Counted from the stretch's first letter, positions 22,776-34,639 are shown. The stretch is 64,000 nt of DNA from Candidatus Eiseniibacteriota bacterium (GCA_044223005.1 JBGAML010000009.1:96001-160000), one strand, 5' to 3'. Notes: generated by a model not told the origin, from the letters alone. Numbers and translations: made by a program.

Positions 22776-23818
22776 GCGAGCGGCACCGGAACTGGCCCGT
22801 GAACCTGCGCATCGACCCGACGGCGTTCATCGCCCCGGGAGCCGTCGTCGTGGGCGACGTCGCGATCGGGGCACGCTCCAGCATCTGGTTCAACACCGTG
22901 GCGCGCGGCGACTCCGAGCGCATCGAGATCGGCGACGACACGAACGTGCAGGACAACAGCACGGTCCACGTCGACGAGGGCATGCCCGCGCTCGTCGGCC
23001 ATCGCGTCACCGTGGGCCACCGCGCCATCGTGCACGGCTGCGTGATCGAGGACGACGTGCTCGTGGGCATGGGCGCCGTCGTGCTCTCCGGCGCCCGCAT
23101 CGGCCGCGGTTCGCTGATCGGCGCCGGCGCGCTGGTGAAGGAAGGGCAGGTGATCCCGGCCGGCGTGCTCGCGGTCGGCGCGCCGGCGAAGGTGATCGGC
23201 GAGGTGAAGGACACGCACCGCGAGGCGATCGCCGCCGGCGCGAAGCATTACGCCGAGCTGGCGCGCACGTACGTGGCCCGTGGCATCGCCAACCTCGTGC
23301 CGCTCTCGGCGCGCGGCGCGGCCGCGTACCCGCGGCTCACGTCGCCCATGGACCACCTCGAGTGGGAGCAGCGGCTCGAGGTGCTCGCCGCGGGACCACG
23401 CCGGGCCGCCGAGGCGTTCGAACGGCACGGGATCGAGGCGTTCCGGCGCGCGCCCGAAGGCGGTGGCTGGAGCGCGCTCGAGATCGTGGTCCACCTGCGG
23501 GACTGCGAGCGCGAAGTGCTCCTGCCGCGGCTCGAGCAGGTGCTCGCGGAGGATTTCCCGGCGCTCACGCCGATCGACATGACGCGGTTCGAGGAGGTCG
23601 CCAAGCATGCCGATCTCGCCGCGGCGCTCGCCGACTGGGCGAGCCTGCGCGCGCGGCTCGTGCGCCGGCTCGCGCCGCTGCGCCCCGAGGACTGGCAGCG
23701 GCCGCTGCTGCACCCGCTGCGAGGCCCGCACACGCTGGCCGACATGGTGCGCCAGTGGGCGGAGCACGACCTCTCGCACCGCCGGCAGTGGCGCGCGGCG
23801 CTGGGGGAGTTCGCGTGA
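22772..23818 (+). CDS. Gamma-carbonic-anhydrase-like / DinB-family fusion protein
   Basis: N-terminal hexapeptide repeats with NVQDNSTVH and TVGHRAIVHG; C-terminal WSALEIVVHLRD..EHDLSH in the same frame. Confidence 0.85.
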   Translation: MSERHRNWPVNLRIDPTAFIAPGAVVVGDVAIGARSSIWFNTVARGDSERIEIGDDTNVQDNSTVHVDEGMPALVGHRVTVGHRAIVHGCVIEDDVLVGMGAVVLSGARIGRGSLIGAGALVKEGQVIPAGVLAVGAPAKVIGEVKDTHREAIAAGAKHYAELARTYVARGIANLVPLSARGAAAYPRLTSPMDHLEWEQRLEVLAAGPRRAAEAFERHGIEAFRRAPEGGGWSALEIVVHLRDCEREVLLPRLEQVLAEDFPALTPIDMTRFEEVAKHADLAAALADWASLRARLVRRLAPLRPEDWQRPLLHPLRGPHTLADMVRQWAEHDLSHRRQWRAALGEFA

Positions 23819-24495
23819 TCGTCGTCCCGGGCCCGCTCGATCCGCCGGCCGACCGGCTGCTGGCGGCGGTCGAGGCGCGCGGGCTGGGCGCGACGATGAC
23901 GGTGCAGACGCTGCCGCCGGGCGAGGAGCCGGTGACGGTGGCGGTCTCGAGCGGTCCGTTCGTGTTCGACTTTGCGGCGCTGGTCGCGGCGCTGCGCCGG
24001 CCGTTCCGCGTGCTGATGCTCTCGCGCCTCGGCGCTCACCCGGACGCGCGCGCCGCGGCGCTGCAGCGGCTGTGGTGGCTCGAGGAGCACGTACGCGGCG
24101 GCGGCGTGCCGACGCTCACGCTGCGCTTCGCGCCGCTGCTGGGGCCGGGTGCGCCGCTCTGGCAGCGGTTGCGCTCGCGGCCGCACCTGCCGCGCGGCGG
24201 CCGGCAGCTCGTGAACCCGGCGCTGGAGTCCGACGCGGTCGAGACGCTGGTGCGCGCGCTGGACGGGCGCGCGGCATGGAGCGGCTGGTACGAAGTCGCG
24301 GGACCGGAGGCGTGGACGCTCGCCGAACTGCGCGACCTCGCGGCGGCCGCGGGGCGCGACCGCGACCGCGGCGCGTGGGTGCCGACCCTCGAGGAGATCG
24401 CCGAGCACCGGCTCGCCGAAGCGGGCCCCTGGATCGAGCACTTCGGCGTGACGCCCGCGCCGCTCGCGGGTGCGCTCGCGGGGAGGGCCGCGTGA
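23815..24495 (+). CDS. Divergent SDR/NmrA-like protein
   Basis: [38 protein letters not shown] resembles the C-half of atypical SDRs; no GxxGxxG seen; GTGA-coupled. Confidence 0.55.
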   Translation: MIVVPGPLDPPADRLLAAVEARGLGATMTVQTLPPGEEPVTVAVSSGPFVFDFAALVAALRRPFRVLMLSRLGAHPDARAAALQRLWWLEEHVRGGGVPTLTLRFAPLLGPGAPLWQRLRSRPHLPRGGRQLVNPALESDAVETLVRALDGRAAWSGWYEVAGPEAWTLAELRDLAAAAGRDRDRGAWVPTLEEIAEHRLAEAGPWIEHFGVTPAPLAGALAGRAA

Positions 24496-25094
24496 GCGCG
24501 CGCCGCGCCGCACCCGCGCGTGCCGCCGCGCCGAAGCGCTCTGGCCGCGCCCGGCCGAAGCTCGCGGTGGTGCGCGGCGACGTGCACGGGACGCGGCAGG
24601 TGCCGCCTCGCCCGGTCGGCTTCGCGATCGTGACGGTGAGCGACACGCGCCGCGGCCGCGACGATCGCAGCGGCGCGCTCGCGCACGAACGCATCGAGCG
24701 AGAGGGCCACGAGGTGGTGCGGCGCGCGTGGGTGCACGACGCCGTGCCCGAGATCCGCCGTGCGGTCCGCGGGCTGCTGCGACTGCGCGCCGTGGACGTC
24801 GTACTGGTGACGGGCGGCACCGGCCTCGCACCGCGCGACGTCACGCCCGAAGCGGTGGCGCCCCTGCTGCAGCGCGAGCTGCCCGGTTTCGGCGAGGCGT
24901 TCCGCGCCGCGTCGCGCGCCCAGGTCGGCAGCAAGGCGTGGCTCTCTCGCGCCGGCGCCGGGGTCGCGTCCGGACGGCTGCTCGTCTACCTTCCCGGCTC
25001 CACGGCCGCGGTGGAATTGGCGCTCCGCGAGCTGCTGTTGCCCGAAGTCGTCCACGCCGTGCGGCTGCTCGGCCGCTTCGAAACCGGGGAGTGA
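24492..25094 (+). CDS. moaB: Molybdenum cofactor biosynthesis protein MoaB/Mog
   Basis: [36 protein letters not shown]. Confidence 0.88.
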   Translation: MSARRAAPARAAAPKRSGRARPKLAVVRGDVHGTRQVPPRPVGFAIVTVSDTRRGRDDRSGALAHERIEREGHEVVRRAWVHDAVPEIRRAVRGLLRLRAVDVVLVTGGTGLAPRDVTPEAVAPLLQRELPGFGEAFRAASRAQVGSKAWLSRAGAGVASGRLLVYLPGSTAAVELALRELLLPEVVHAVRLLGRFETGE

Positions 25095-25096
25095 CC

Positions 25097-25651
25097 ATGT
25101 CCATCCGTCCCGACCACTGGATTCGCCGGATGTGTCTCGAACACGGGATGATCACACCGTTCGAGGAGAAGCAGGTGCGCCAGGGCGTCATTTCGTACGG
25201 CGTGTCGTCGTACGGCTACGACATCCGCGTCTCCGACGAGTTCAAGATCTTCACCAACGTGATGTCGACGGTGGTGGACCCCAAGAACGTCGATCCGCAG
25301 TCGATGATCGACTTCAAGGGACCCGTGTGCGTGGTGCCGCCCAACTCGTTCGCGCTCGCGCGCACGATCGAGTACTTCCGCATCCCGCGGAACGTGCTCA
25401 CGATCTGCGTGGGCAAGAGCACCTACGCGCGGTGCGGTATCATCACCAACGTGACGCCGTTCGAGCCCGAATGGGAGGGACACGTCACGCTCGAGATCAG
25501 CAACACCACCCCGCTGCCGGCGCGGATCTACGCCAACGAAGGCATCGCGCAGGTGCTGTTCTTCGAAAGCGACTCGCCGTGCGAGACGTCGTACAAGGAC
25601 AAGGCGGGCAAGTACCAGGGCCAGACCGGGATCACGCTGCCGCGACTGTGA
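25097..25651 (+). CDS. dcd: dCTP deaminase
   Basis: [29 protein letters not shown]. Confidence 0.96.
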   Translation: MSIRPDHWIRRMCLEHGMITPFEEKQVRQGVISYGVSSYGYDIRVSDEFKIFTNVMSTVVDPKNVDPQSMIDFKGPVCVVPPNSFALARTIEYFRIPRNVLTICVGKSTYARCGIITNVTPFEPEWEGHVTLEISNTTPLPARIYANEGIAQVLFFESDSPCETSYKDKAGKYQGQTGITLPRL

Positions 25652-25691
25652 CGCTCCCCGCGTCGTGGCGATGCAGCGAAAGGAAGGCCGC

Positions 25692-26915
25692 ATGAACGGC
25701 CGGAACGTGCAGTGGATGGTGCGGACGCTCGCGATCGCGGGCGCGGGAGTGGCGGTGCTCGCGGCGCTGGCGAGCGCCCAGATCGTCAGCGGAGTGGATC
25801 CTTCTGCGCGCGCGGGAGGCATGGGCGGCGCGACGGGCGCGATCGGGTGGGGCGGCACGCCCGACCTGTGGGCGAATCCGGCGCTCGCGGCGACGGTCCC
25901 GGGCTTTTCGATCCAGACCTCGGCGCAGCAGCTGCTCCCGGAGTTCGCGTCCGACCTGCGGCTGCACTCGACGTCGATCACCGCGACGTTCGCCGGGCTG
26001 TCGTTCTCGAGTACGGGCCGGCCGTTCGGCGGCACGGAGCTGCGCGAGCGCGACGCGATCCTGACCCTCGACACGTTGCGCAGCATCGCCGTGGTGCCGT
26101 GGGCGGAACGCTCCGAGAGCCGTGCCGCGGCGATTTCGCTGGCGTCGCTCGCCGACGCGGTGCTCGCGCTGCGGGGAGGCGCGCACCCGCGCGTGTCGGA
26201 GTGGGCCGACGTGGGCTTCGGTCGCCGCTGGAAGCAGCGCGCGCAGTACGGCCCGTTCCTGACCGAGGGAGCGAGCGCGTCGCGCGACGAAGGCTGGTAC
26301 GCGCGCGTGGTGCCGCTCGATCCGCGCCGCGGCGTCGACGTGCCCGAAGGCGGCCTGCGACTAGAGCTGGCCGTCGCGCACGCGGTGATCGACGCGCGCA
26401 CGTCGCCGGCCATCCCGGCCACGGCTGTCGCGCCACTTCAGCGCCGCGACGGCGCCGCGCTCCACGCCTCGTGGTTCGGTCCCTCGCGCCGCGGCGCGCC
26501 CGGTGCGGCGATCACGGACGCGTTCCGCGGCGGCGGCTTTGGCCCGCCCGTGGACGTGACGCTGGCCTACGAGCGCGAGCGCGACGAGCCGCTGCCCGGG
26601 CGCGGCCCGTTCGGGGAGGTCTTCCCGGCCGGCGCCGGCTGGACCGTGAACCACTACGGGCTCGAAGCGACGTTTTTCGGGCTGCTCACGGGTCGTGCGG
26701 GGTACATCGATGACCCCTCGGGCGAGATCCGCAAACCGACGTTCGGCTTCGGCGCCTGCCTGCCGCTCGGCCGCGGGGGCGAGGTGCGCTACGACATGGG
26801 CAGCGTCCCGCAGGCGAGCGGACTGGAGAAGCGCGTGACGCGGCACGAAGTGGCCGTCCGGCTCGACCCGGTCGCGCGCTGGTTCGGCCCCCGCTCGAGC
26901 GCCGCGACGCCGTAG
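25692..26915 (+). CDS. PorV-like outer-membrane barrel, divergent
   Basis: Signal peptide, PSARAGGMGGA..WANPA hatch motif, RAGYIDDPSGEI..TFGFG. Confidence 0.65.
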   Translation: MNGRNVQWMVRTLAIAGAGVAVLAALASAQIVSGVDPSARAGGMGGATGAIGWGGTPDLWANPALAATVPGFSIQTSAQQLLPEFASDLRLHSTSITATFAGLSFSSTGRPFGGTELRERDAILTLDTLRSIAVVPWAERSESRAAAISLASLADAVLALRGGAHPRVSEWADVGFGRRWKQRAQYGPFLTEGASASRDEGWYARVVPLDPRRGVDVPEGGLRLELAVAHAVIDARTSPAIPATAVAPLQRRDGAALHASWFGPSRRGAPGAAITDAFRGGGFGPPVDVTLAYERERDEPLPGRGPFGEVFPAGAGWTVNHYGLEATFFGLLTGRAGYIDDPSGEIRKPTFGFGACLPLGRGGEVRYDMGSVPQASGLEKRVTRHEVAVRLDPVARWFGPRSSAATP

Positions 26916-26989
26916 TCGACGTTCTCGGAAGACGAATCGTTTCGTACCGTTCCCCACAGGTCAGCGTCCCCCGAGGAAGGCAGTTCGCC

Positions 26990-28207
26990 ATGCTGTCGCC
27001 GATTGGCCGGCGAATCGTCACCGCGGCGCTCCTCACCGCGGTCGCTTCGAAAGCTCACGCGCAGGGAACCGCGCGCTCGCAGGACATCGACACCTCCATC
27101 CGCGCCGTGGGAATGGGCGGCACGAGCGCCGGCGTCACGTGGGGGGATCCCAACGTCTGGGGCAATCCCGCATCGCTCGGGCGCGTGGAGGGGTTCCGGT
27201 TCGAGCACGGGCATACGCAGCTCGTGCCGGGGCTCGCGACCGATGTCTTCCTCGACTCCGACCGGGCGTGCTTCGGCGCCCACGGCGTCGGTGTCGCACT
27301 GATGGGGCTTCCGAGCGGGGTCGGAGGGCTTCGATTGTCGTATGGGTCTTCGGAAGTCACCGATGCCTACGGGATCCCGATCGGGACGTTCGATTCCGAA
27401 GAGACCGTTCACGCCGCATCCATCGGAGTGTCCTTCGCCGGCGTCCGCGATGCGCTGCGTGCTCGCCGTGGAGCCGCTCCGGGTTCGAGTGCGTGGGATG
27501 TCTCGGGGGGGCTGAGCGTCAAGCGCGTGCGGATGTCACTTGCCCCCGTGTTCGGGACGGCTTCGGCCACGACGGTCGATGTGGGCGTGCTGGGGCGGCT
27601 CTCGCCGCTCGTGTTGCTCCCCGCGGGAGCTTCGGGAGGCGCGTGGACGCGCTGGGCGCTCTTCGACCTGGGAGCCGGTTACAGCGTGCTCGACGCGAAT
27701 CACGCCATCTTCGATTTCGGCCCGGGCGGCTCGAGCCCGCCCACGCGCATGCACCGGCTGGGTGGTTCGGCACGCGTGGGGCTCCAGTTGCCCCCGGTGG
27801 GTGGTGATCCCTGGGTGCGGGCGATCGTCTCGGGGTTCTCGCCGCTCGTCGCGGTGGGTTACGCGCGCGACCACGATGCGGTCAGCGCGGCAGGCACGAA
27901 TCACGGTCGCTACCGCGTCGAGCACGAGGGCGTCGAGATCAGCGTCGCCAACGTGTTCACGTGGCGGCATGGCTACTGGACCGACCGGCTCGGGGACATC
28001 GTGGACGACACGAGTGGCTACGGCTACGGGTTCACCCTCGGGCCGTGGGCGGGTTTCCGTCGCGACCATGCGAGCATGCCGCAGGCGACGGACTCCGGAT
28101 TGCCGCGCGTGAAGCGCGACGGCTGGACCGCATGGCTCGACGTGATGCGCGTCGTCCACGACCTGCGTGGCCCCTCGATGAGCACCGCTCCGGGAGCCGG
28201 GCGATGA
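26990..28207 (+). CDS. PorV-like outer-membrane barrel, paralog of upstream gene
   Basis: Signal peptide, SIRAVGMGG..WGNPA, QLVPGLATD (vs QLLPEFASD), VDVGVLGR, MPQATDSGL (vs VPQASGL). Confidence 0.68.
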   Translation: MLSPIGRRIVTAALLTAVASKAHAQGTARSQDIDTSIRAVGMGGTSAGVTWGDPNVWGNPASLGRVEGFRFEHGHTQLVPGLATDVFLDSDRACFGAHGVGVALMGLPSGVGGLRLSYGSSEVTDAYGIPIGTFDSEETVHAASIGVSFAGVRDALRARRGAAPGSSAWDVSGGLSVKRVRMSLAPVFGTASATTVDVGVLGRLSPLVLLPAGASGGAWTRWALFDLGAGYSVLDANHAIFDFGPGGSSPPTRMHRLGGSARVGLQLPPVGGDPWVRAIVSGFSPLVAVGYARDHDAVSAAGTNHGRYRVEHEGVEISVANVFTWRHGYWTDRLGDIVDDTSGYGYGFTLGPWAGFRRDHASMPQATDSGLPRVKRDGWTAWLDVMRVVHDLRGPSMSTAPGAGR

Positions 28208-28953
28208 GGCCTGCGAGCGCCGTCGGCGCGTTCGTCCTGCTCGCGTGCGTGCTCTCGGCGCCTGCATTCGCCGCGGTCCGCTTCGGGATCGTCGGCGGCA
28301 TGCAATCGACGTGGATGCAGCAGGGCGACCAGCACGAGACGGACGGGGCTTATCCCGTTTCGAAATCCGTCTGGTCCGGCTGCGGCGGCCTGTCGCTCTC
28401 GGTGCCGCTCGCGCACGGCTTCGCGGTTGGGACCGGGCTCGAGTACCAGCCGTTCGTCGACCGGCGCGAGGTGGTCACGTCGTTCCTCTCGATAACGGCC
28501 TTCGACTCGACGCAGGTCTGGGGCACCTCGCGAATCGAGACGCGAGCACACACGATCGTGCTGCCACTGCGCCTGGAGTACGCGCATCGGGGCGTGCGGC
28601 TGGGGTTCGGGCCGCAGGTCCGCTTCACCGTCTCGGCTCGCCAACGGCTCGAGGCGACTCTCGGCGGCGCCCCGCCCGTCGCGCCGGCCGCTTCGGCACG
28701 GAAGGCCGGACCCTCGGGGGCGCGCGCGAACATCTTCGAGTCGGTCCGCTCCGGCCAGTGGTACGACGCCACCGACGCGTTCCTTCTCTGCAGCGTGCAG
28801 CCCGTCGCGCTGCTGGGGATCGACGTCCCGCTGCACGGACACCGCCTGCGGCTCGAAGGGCGCGAGTCCTGGGGAGGCACCGAGATGATGTGGCGCCAGT
28901 CGGAGGGCCTGAGCCCGATCGCGGTGCAGATCGCCGCCGGCTGGGAGTTCTGA
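28204..28953 (+). CDS. Putative small outer-membrane beta-barrel protein
   Basis: Signal peptide APAFA, RFGIVGG, IVLPLRL..GFGPQ, C-terminal AGWEF. Confidence 0.55.
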   Translation: MRPASAVGAFVLLACVLSAPAFAAVRFGIVGGMQSTWMQQGDQHETDGAYPVSKSVWSGCGGLSLSVPLAHGFAVGTGLEYQPFVDRREVVTSFLSITAFDSTQVWGTSRIETRAHTIVLPLRLEYAHRGVRLGFGPQVRFTVSARQRLEATLGGAPPVAPAASARKAGPSGARANIFESVRSGQWYDATDAFLLCSVQPVALLGIDVPLHGHRLRLEGRESWGGTEMMWRQSEGLSPIAVQIAAGWEF

Positions 28954-29005
28954 GCGGGGCAGGAGACGCTGTCGCGACCCGCTTCTCGGCCGGCCGGGGA
29001 GCGGG

Positions 29006-29034
29006 TTGCGCGATTCGGGGTGCGCGGCTAACTT
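29006..29034 (+). promoter_or_regulatory. sigma70-type promoter for nuoI
   Basis: TTGCGC-17 nt-TAACTT. Confidence 0.45.
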
Positions 29035-29073
29035 CCTCGGGTCCGCTGTCCCGTACCTTCAGGGAGTGAAGCG

Positions 29074-29520
29074 ATGATCAAGGAACTCGCGACCGGTCTC
29101 GGCGTCACGTTCGGGAACATGTTCCGCAAGCCGTATACGGTCCTGTACCCCGACGAGAAGCTCGAACTCTTTCCCCGTTTCCGCGGCCGGCACATCCTGG
29201 CGCGGCACGAGGACGGCCTCGAGCGCTGCGTGGGTTGCGAGCTGTGCGCCGTGGCCTGCCCGGCCGACGCGATCTTCGTGAAGGCCGCCGAGAACGACCC
29301 GGCGAACCCGGTGTCGCACGGCGAGCGCTACGCCGAGCGCTACGAGATCAACATGCTGCGCTGCATCTTCTGTGGCATGTGCGAGGAAGCCTGTCCCGAA
29401 GACGCGATCTGGCTCGAGAAGGAATACGAGCTCGCGGACTACGACCGCGACGCCTTCATCTACACGAAGGACGAGATGGTCGTGCCGATGGAGAAGGCGG
29501 GCTACCTGCCGCAGCGCTGA
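29074..29520 (+). CDS. nuoI: NADH-quinone oxidoreductase subunit I
   Basis: [38 protein letters not shown]. Confidence 0.93.
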   Translation: MIKELATGLGVTFGNMFRKPYTVLYPDEKLELFPRFRGRHILARHEDGLERCVGCELCAVACPADAIFVKAAENDPANPVSHGERYAERYEINMLRCIFCGMCEEACPEDAIWLEKEYELADYDRDAFIYTKDEMVVPMEKAGYLPQR

Positions 29521-29535
29521 GCGGTACCGATTTCA

Positions 29536-29569
29536 CGCGAGGCGGTCGTCCACGGACGGCCGCCTCGCG
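29536..29569. terminator. Hairpin between convergent genes
   Basis: CGCGAGGCGGTCGTCC / GGACGGCCGCCTCGCG inverted repeat. Confidence 0.6.
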
Positions 29570-29596
29570 GCGTTTCCGGGGCCCGGGCTCTCGCGC

Positions 29597-30853
29597 CTAA
29601 CGCGCGGAGAGGGCCGCGTCGAACGCGACGATCAGCCGCTCGACCTCGGCGGGCGTGTTGTAGTGGGCGAGGCTGGCGCGGACGATGCCGCCGCGCGCGT
29701 GCAGGCCCAGCGCCTCGATGGCGCGATGCGCGTAGAAGTGACCCCAGCGCACCGCCACGCGGGCAGCATCCAGCCGTGGCGGGAGCGTGCTCGCGTCGCG
29801 GCCTTCGACCGTGAACGCCACGATGGGCACGCGCCGTGCCGGATCGGCGTCCGGCTCGCCGACGATCCGCACCTCGGGGCGAGCCCTCAGGAACGCGAGC
29901 AGCGGCGCGACGAGTGCCGCCTCGTGCGCGGCGATGGCGTCGAAGGCGCGCGCGAGCCGGGTGCGCTCGTCGCCGGCGCCGCCGCCCGGCAGGCGCGCCT
30001 CCAGCGCCAGGAGGTACTCGGGCACCGCGGGCAGGGCAGCGGCCAGCTCGTGCGGCACGCTGCCGGGCTCGAGCTTGTACGGCACCTCGTGCTCGCCGAT
30101 GAAGAAGTGGTTCTGCGACGCCGCGCGCCGCAGCAGCTCGCCGCGGCCCCACAGGAGCGCCAGGTGCGGGCCGAAGGTCTTGTAGAGCGAGACGGCGTAG
30201 AAGTCGGCGCCGGTCGCCGTCACGTCGACGAGCCGGTGCGGCGCGAACGCGACGCCGTCGATGCACGCGAGCGCGCCCGCGGCGTGCACGGCGCGCACGA
30301 TGTTCGCGGCGTCGTGCAGCGTGCCGACCACGTTGGAGCAGTGCGTGAACGCGACGAGGCGCGTGCGCGCCCCGAGCAGCGGCTCGAGGTCGGCGAGTTC
30401 CAGCGCGCCGGTCTCGGGCCGCAGGCGCCACTCGCGCACCACGACGCCGCGCTCGGCGAGCCCGCGCCACGGGCCGATGTTCGATTCGTGGTCGAGGTTG
30501 GTGACCACGACTTCGTCGCCGGGCACGAGCCCGGGCGCGAGCGCGCGCGCGAGGAGCCGCAGGTTGGCGGTGGTCGATGCGCCGAGCAGGACCTCGCCGG
30601 GCGCCGCGCCCACCAGCTGCTCGGCCGCGCGATGGCCGGCTTCGACGCGCGCGGTGGCCGCGGCCGAGAGCGCGTAGCTGGCGCCCAGCTGTACCGAGCC
30701 CGCGAGCATGTGCGCGCGCACGCGCTCGATCGCGCCGGCGAGCGGCACGCTGCCGCCGGCGTTGTCGAACAGCGCCCAGTCGGTCGCGAGCGCGGGGAAC
30801 TGCGCGCGCACGAACTCCAGCGTGGACGACGGGAAGAGCGCGGGAGCGATCAT
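29597..30853 (-). CDS. Cysteine desulfurase-like class V PLP enzyme
   Basis: FDNAGGS, LDHESN, HCSNVVG, SLYKTFGPH (PLP Lys), RASLAHYNT. Confidence 0.88.
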   Translation of the reverse strand: MIAPALFPSSTLEFVRAQFPALATDWALFDNAGGSVPLAGAIERVRAHMLAGSVQLGASYALSAAATARVEAGHRAAEQLVGAAPGEVLLGASTTANLRLLARALAPGLVPGDEVVVTNLDHESNIGPWRGLAERGVVVREWRLRPETGALELADLEPLLGARTRLVAFTHCSNVVGTLHDAANIVRAVHAAGALACIDGVAFAPHRLVDVTATGADFYAVSLYKTFGPHLALLWGRGELLRRAASQNHFFIGEHEVPYKLEPGSVPHELAAALPAVPEYLLALEARLPGGGAGDERTRLARAFDAIAAHEAALVAPLLAFLRARPEVRIVGEPDADPARRVPIVAFTVEGRDASTLPPRLDAARVAVRWGHFYAHRAIEALGLHARGGIVRASLAHYNTPAEVERLIVAFDAALSAR

Positions 30854-30894
30854 GCGGCGAGCCTAGCACGCACGCCGCGGGGCGTGCGGCGCGT

Positions 30895-31878
30895 TCAGCG
30901 CCCGGCGGCCGGCCCCAGTTGCGCGAGCAGCTTGCGCGCGAGCACCGGCCACGCCCACGGCGCGGCGCTCGCGGGGCCGGCTTCGGCGAGACGGCGGCGC
31001 TCGTCGGCGTCCACCAGCAGGGCGCGGATCGCGCGGCGCAGGAACCACGGGTGGCGCCACGTGACGCGCGCGTTCTCACGGTCGCGAGCGAAGTCGCCCG
31101 TGCCGCTGCGCGTGCACACGAGCGCGCATCCGCACGCGAGCGCTTCCAGCGCGGTGTTGCACCAGCCGGCCTTGCGCTCGGCGGCGACGAACAGGTGCGC
31201 GGACTGGTAGAGCGCGGCCAGTTCGTCCTGCGTCGGGCTCATCACGAAACGGGCGTTGGGCGGCAGCGGCGCGCCGTCCCGCGGATCCTGGCGGTTGTGC
31301 GCGTCCACGTGGTCGAACAGCACGATCTCGAACTCGGGCACCTGCCCCGCGAGCCCGGTGAGAGCCTCGAGCACGAGATCGGTGCCCTTCTTGGGCCGCG
31401 AGCGCCGGCCGTTGACCAGCACGCGCAGCGGCGCGACCGCGCGCCGCTCGGGCGCGGGGCGGAAGTGCGTCGTGCGGATGCCACCGATCCCGTCGATGAC
31501 CGGCCGGCGCGAACGCCGCGCGAGCGCGTGCACGAGTGCCCCGGAGTTGCCGGCGAGGCGTACGCCCGGGTCGGGGATCGCGCGCGCGAGCCCCGCGTCG
31601 CCCTCGAGCACGCAGTAGTAGAGATGCGTCCCGGCCCGGTGCGCGCGGAACGCGTCGTACGTGTGCGGGTCGGCGCCGATCGCGAGGTCGCTCTCGGCCC
31701 CGGCGGCGTCCGCGAGCGGTGCGACGGCGCCGGCGTACGCGAGCCACTCCGGGCGGGTGCCCTCGGGGTGGTAGAGCGTCACCGCGTGGCCCATCGCGGT
31801 CCACTCGTTGCCGAGTTCGAGGAAGCGGCGGACGCCGCCGAAGACGCCGACGTGCGGCAGGAAGGTGGCGATGCGCAT
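30895..31878 (-). CDS. Glycosyltransferase family 4
   Basis: FGGVRR, PKKG, LYQSAHLFV, LEALACG. Confidence 0.85.
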   Translation of the reverse strand: MRIATFLPHVGVFGGVRRFLELGNEWTAMGHAVTLYHPEGTRPEWLAYAGAVAPLADAAGAESDLAIGADPHTYDAFRAHRAGTHLYYCVLEGDAGLARAIPDPGVRLAGNSGALVHALARRSRRPVIDGIGGIRTTHFRPAPERRAVAPLRVLVNGRRSRPKKGTDLVLEALTGLAGQVPEFEIVLFDHVDAHNRQDPRDGAPLPPNARFVMSPTQDELAALYQSAHLFVAAERKAGWCNTALEALACGCALVCTRSGTGDFARDRENARVTWRHPWFLRRAIRALLVDADERRRLAEAGPASAAPWAWPVLARKLLAQLGPAAGR

Positions 31879-31940
31879 GCGGGCCGCACGCTAGCAGAGC
31901 GGCCCCGGGCCCGCACGCGCGGGCCCGGCGTGAACGGTGG

Positions 31941-31980
31941 TGTTTCGCGGCGAAACGCCCGCTGTTCCGGCCCGAAACGC
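31941..31980. promoter_or_regulatory. Tandem palindromic sites, candidate enhancer (bEBP UAS)
   Basis: TGTTTCGCGGCGAAACGC and TGTTCCGGCCCGAAACGC, 22 bp apart. Confidence 0.55.
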
Positions 31981-32052
31981 TCGCCCGCGGCCATTCCGGG
32001 CGGCGCGCGTCCCGCGTACGGCGCGACACGTACTTGCGGCTGCGGTGGCCCG

Positions 32053-32068
32053 TGGCACGTCGCCTGCA
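32053..32068 (+). promoter_or_regulatory. sigma54 (-24/-12) promoter for hsp20-dnaK
   Basis: TGGCACGTCGCCTGCA, GG-N10-GC spacing. Confidence 0.7.
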
Positions 32069-32161
32069 AAAGGGAGTTCGCGAACGTGATTGCAAGGCGG
32101 CGCGCCGCGTCCATCCGAAGTGCGGCGGCTGCATGAACCACCCGCAGAGGAGGAACCGATC

Positions 32162-32611
32162 ATGACGCTCATCCGCTGGACGCCCAACCGCAACAGCAGC
32201 CTCGCGAGTTTCCGCGACGAGATGGACCGCCTGTTCGACGGCTTCGTCAACAGCCGCGCGCTCACCACGCCCGGATTCGATCCGCTGGTGCCCCCGGTGG
32301 ACATCGAGGAGACGCCGGAGTCGTTCGTGCTCCGCGCCGACCTGCCGGGCGTGCCGCAGAAGGACGTCAAGGTCAGCCTGACCGGCGACACCCTGACGAT
32401 CCGCGGCGAGCGCAAGCGCGAGACGTCGGCCCGCGAGGGCGCGGTGCACCGCACCGAGCGCGTCTACGGCAGCTTCGAACGCTCGTTCACCCTCGTCTCG
32501 CCGGTCCGCGGCGACCAGGTCAAGGCCACGGTCCGCGACGGCGTCCTCGAGGTCGTCGTGCCCAAGGCCGAGGAAGCCCGGGTGCGTGAAATCGAGGTGC
32601 AGGTCGGCTAG
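32162..32611 (+). CDS. Hsp20/alpha-crystallin small heat-shock protein
   Basis: [44 protein letters not shown]. Confidence 0.94.
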   Translation: MTLIRWTPNRNSSLASFRDEMDRLFDGFVNSRALTTPGFDPLVPPVDIEETPESFVLRADLPGVPQKDVKVSLTGDTLTIRGERKRETSAREGAVHRTERVYGSFERSFTLVSPVRGDQVKATVRDGVLEVVVPKAEEARVREIEVQVG

Positions 32612-32700
32612 TCTGCAGCGCTCTCGAATGCATGTCCGCGGCCACGCGGGCGCCTCCCGGCGCCGCGTGGCTCGCGGCTGAAACGAACCGAGGAGGAATC

Positions 32701-34617
<1,917 letters not shown>

Positions 34618-34639
34618 GCCGGACCCGGAGTCACACGTG

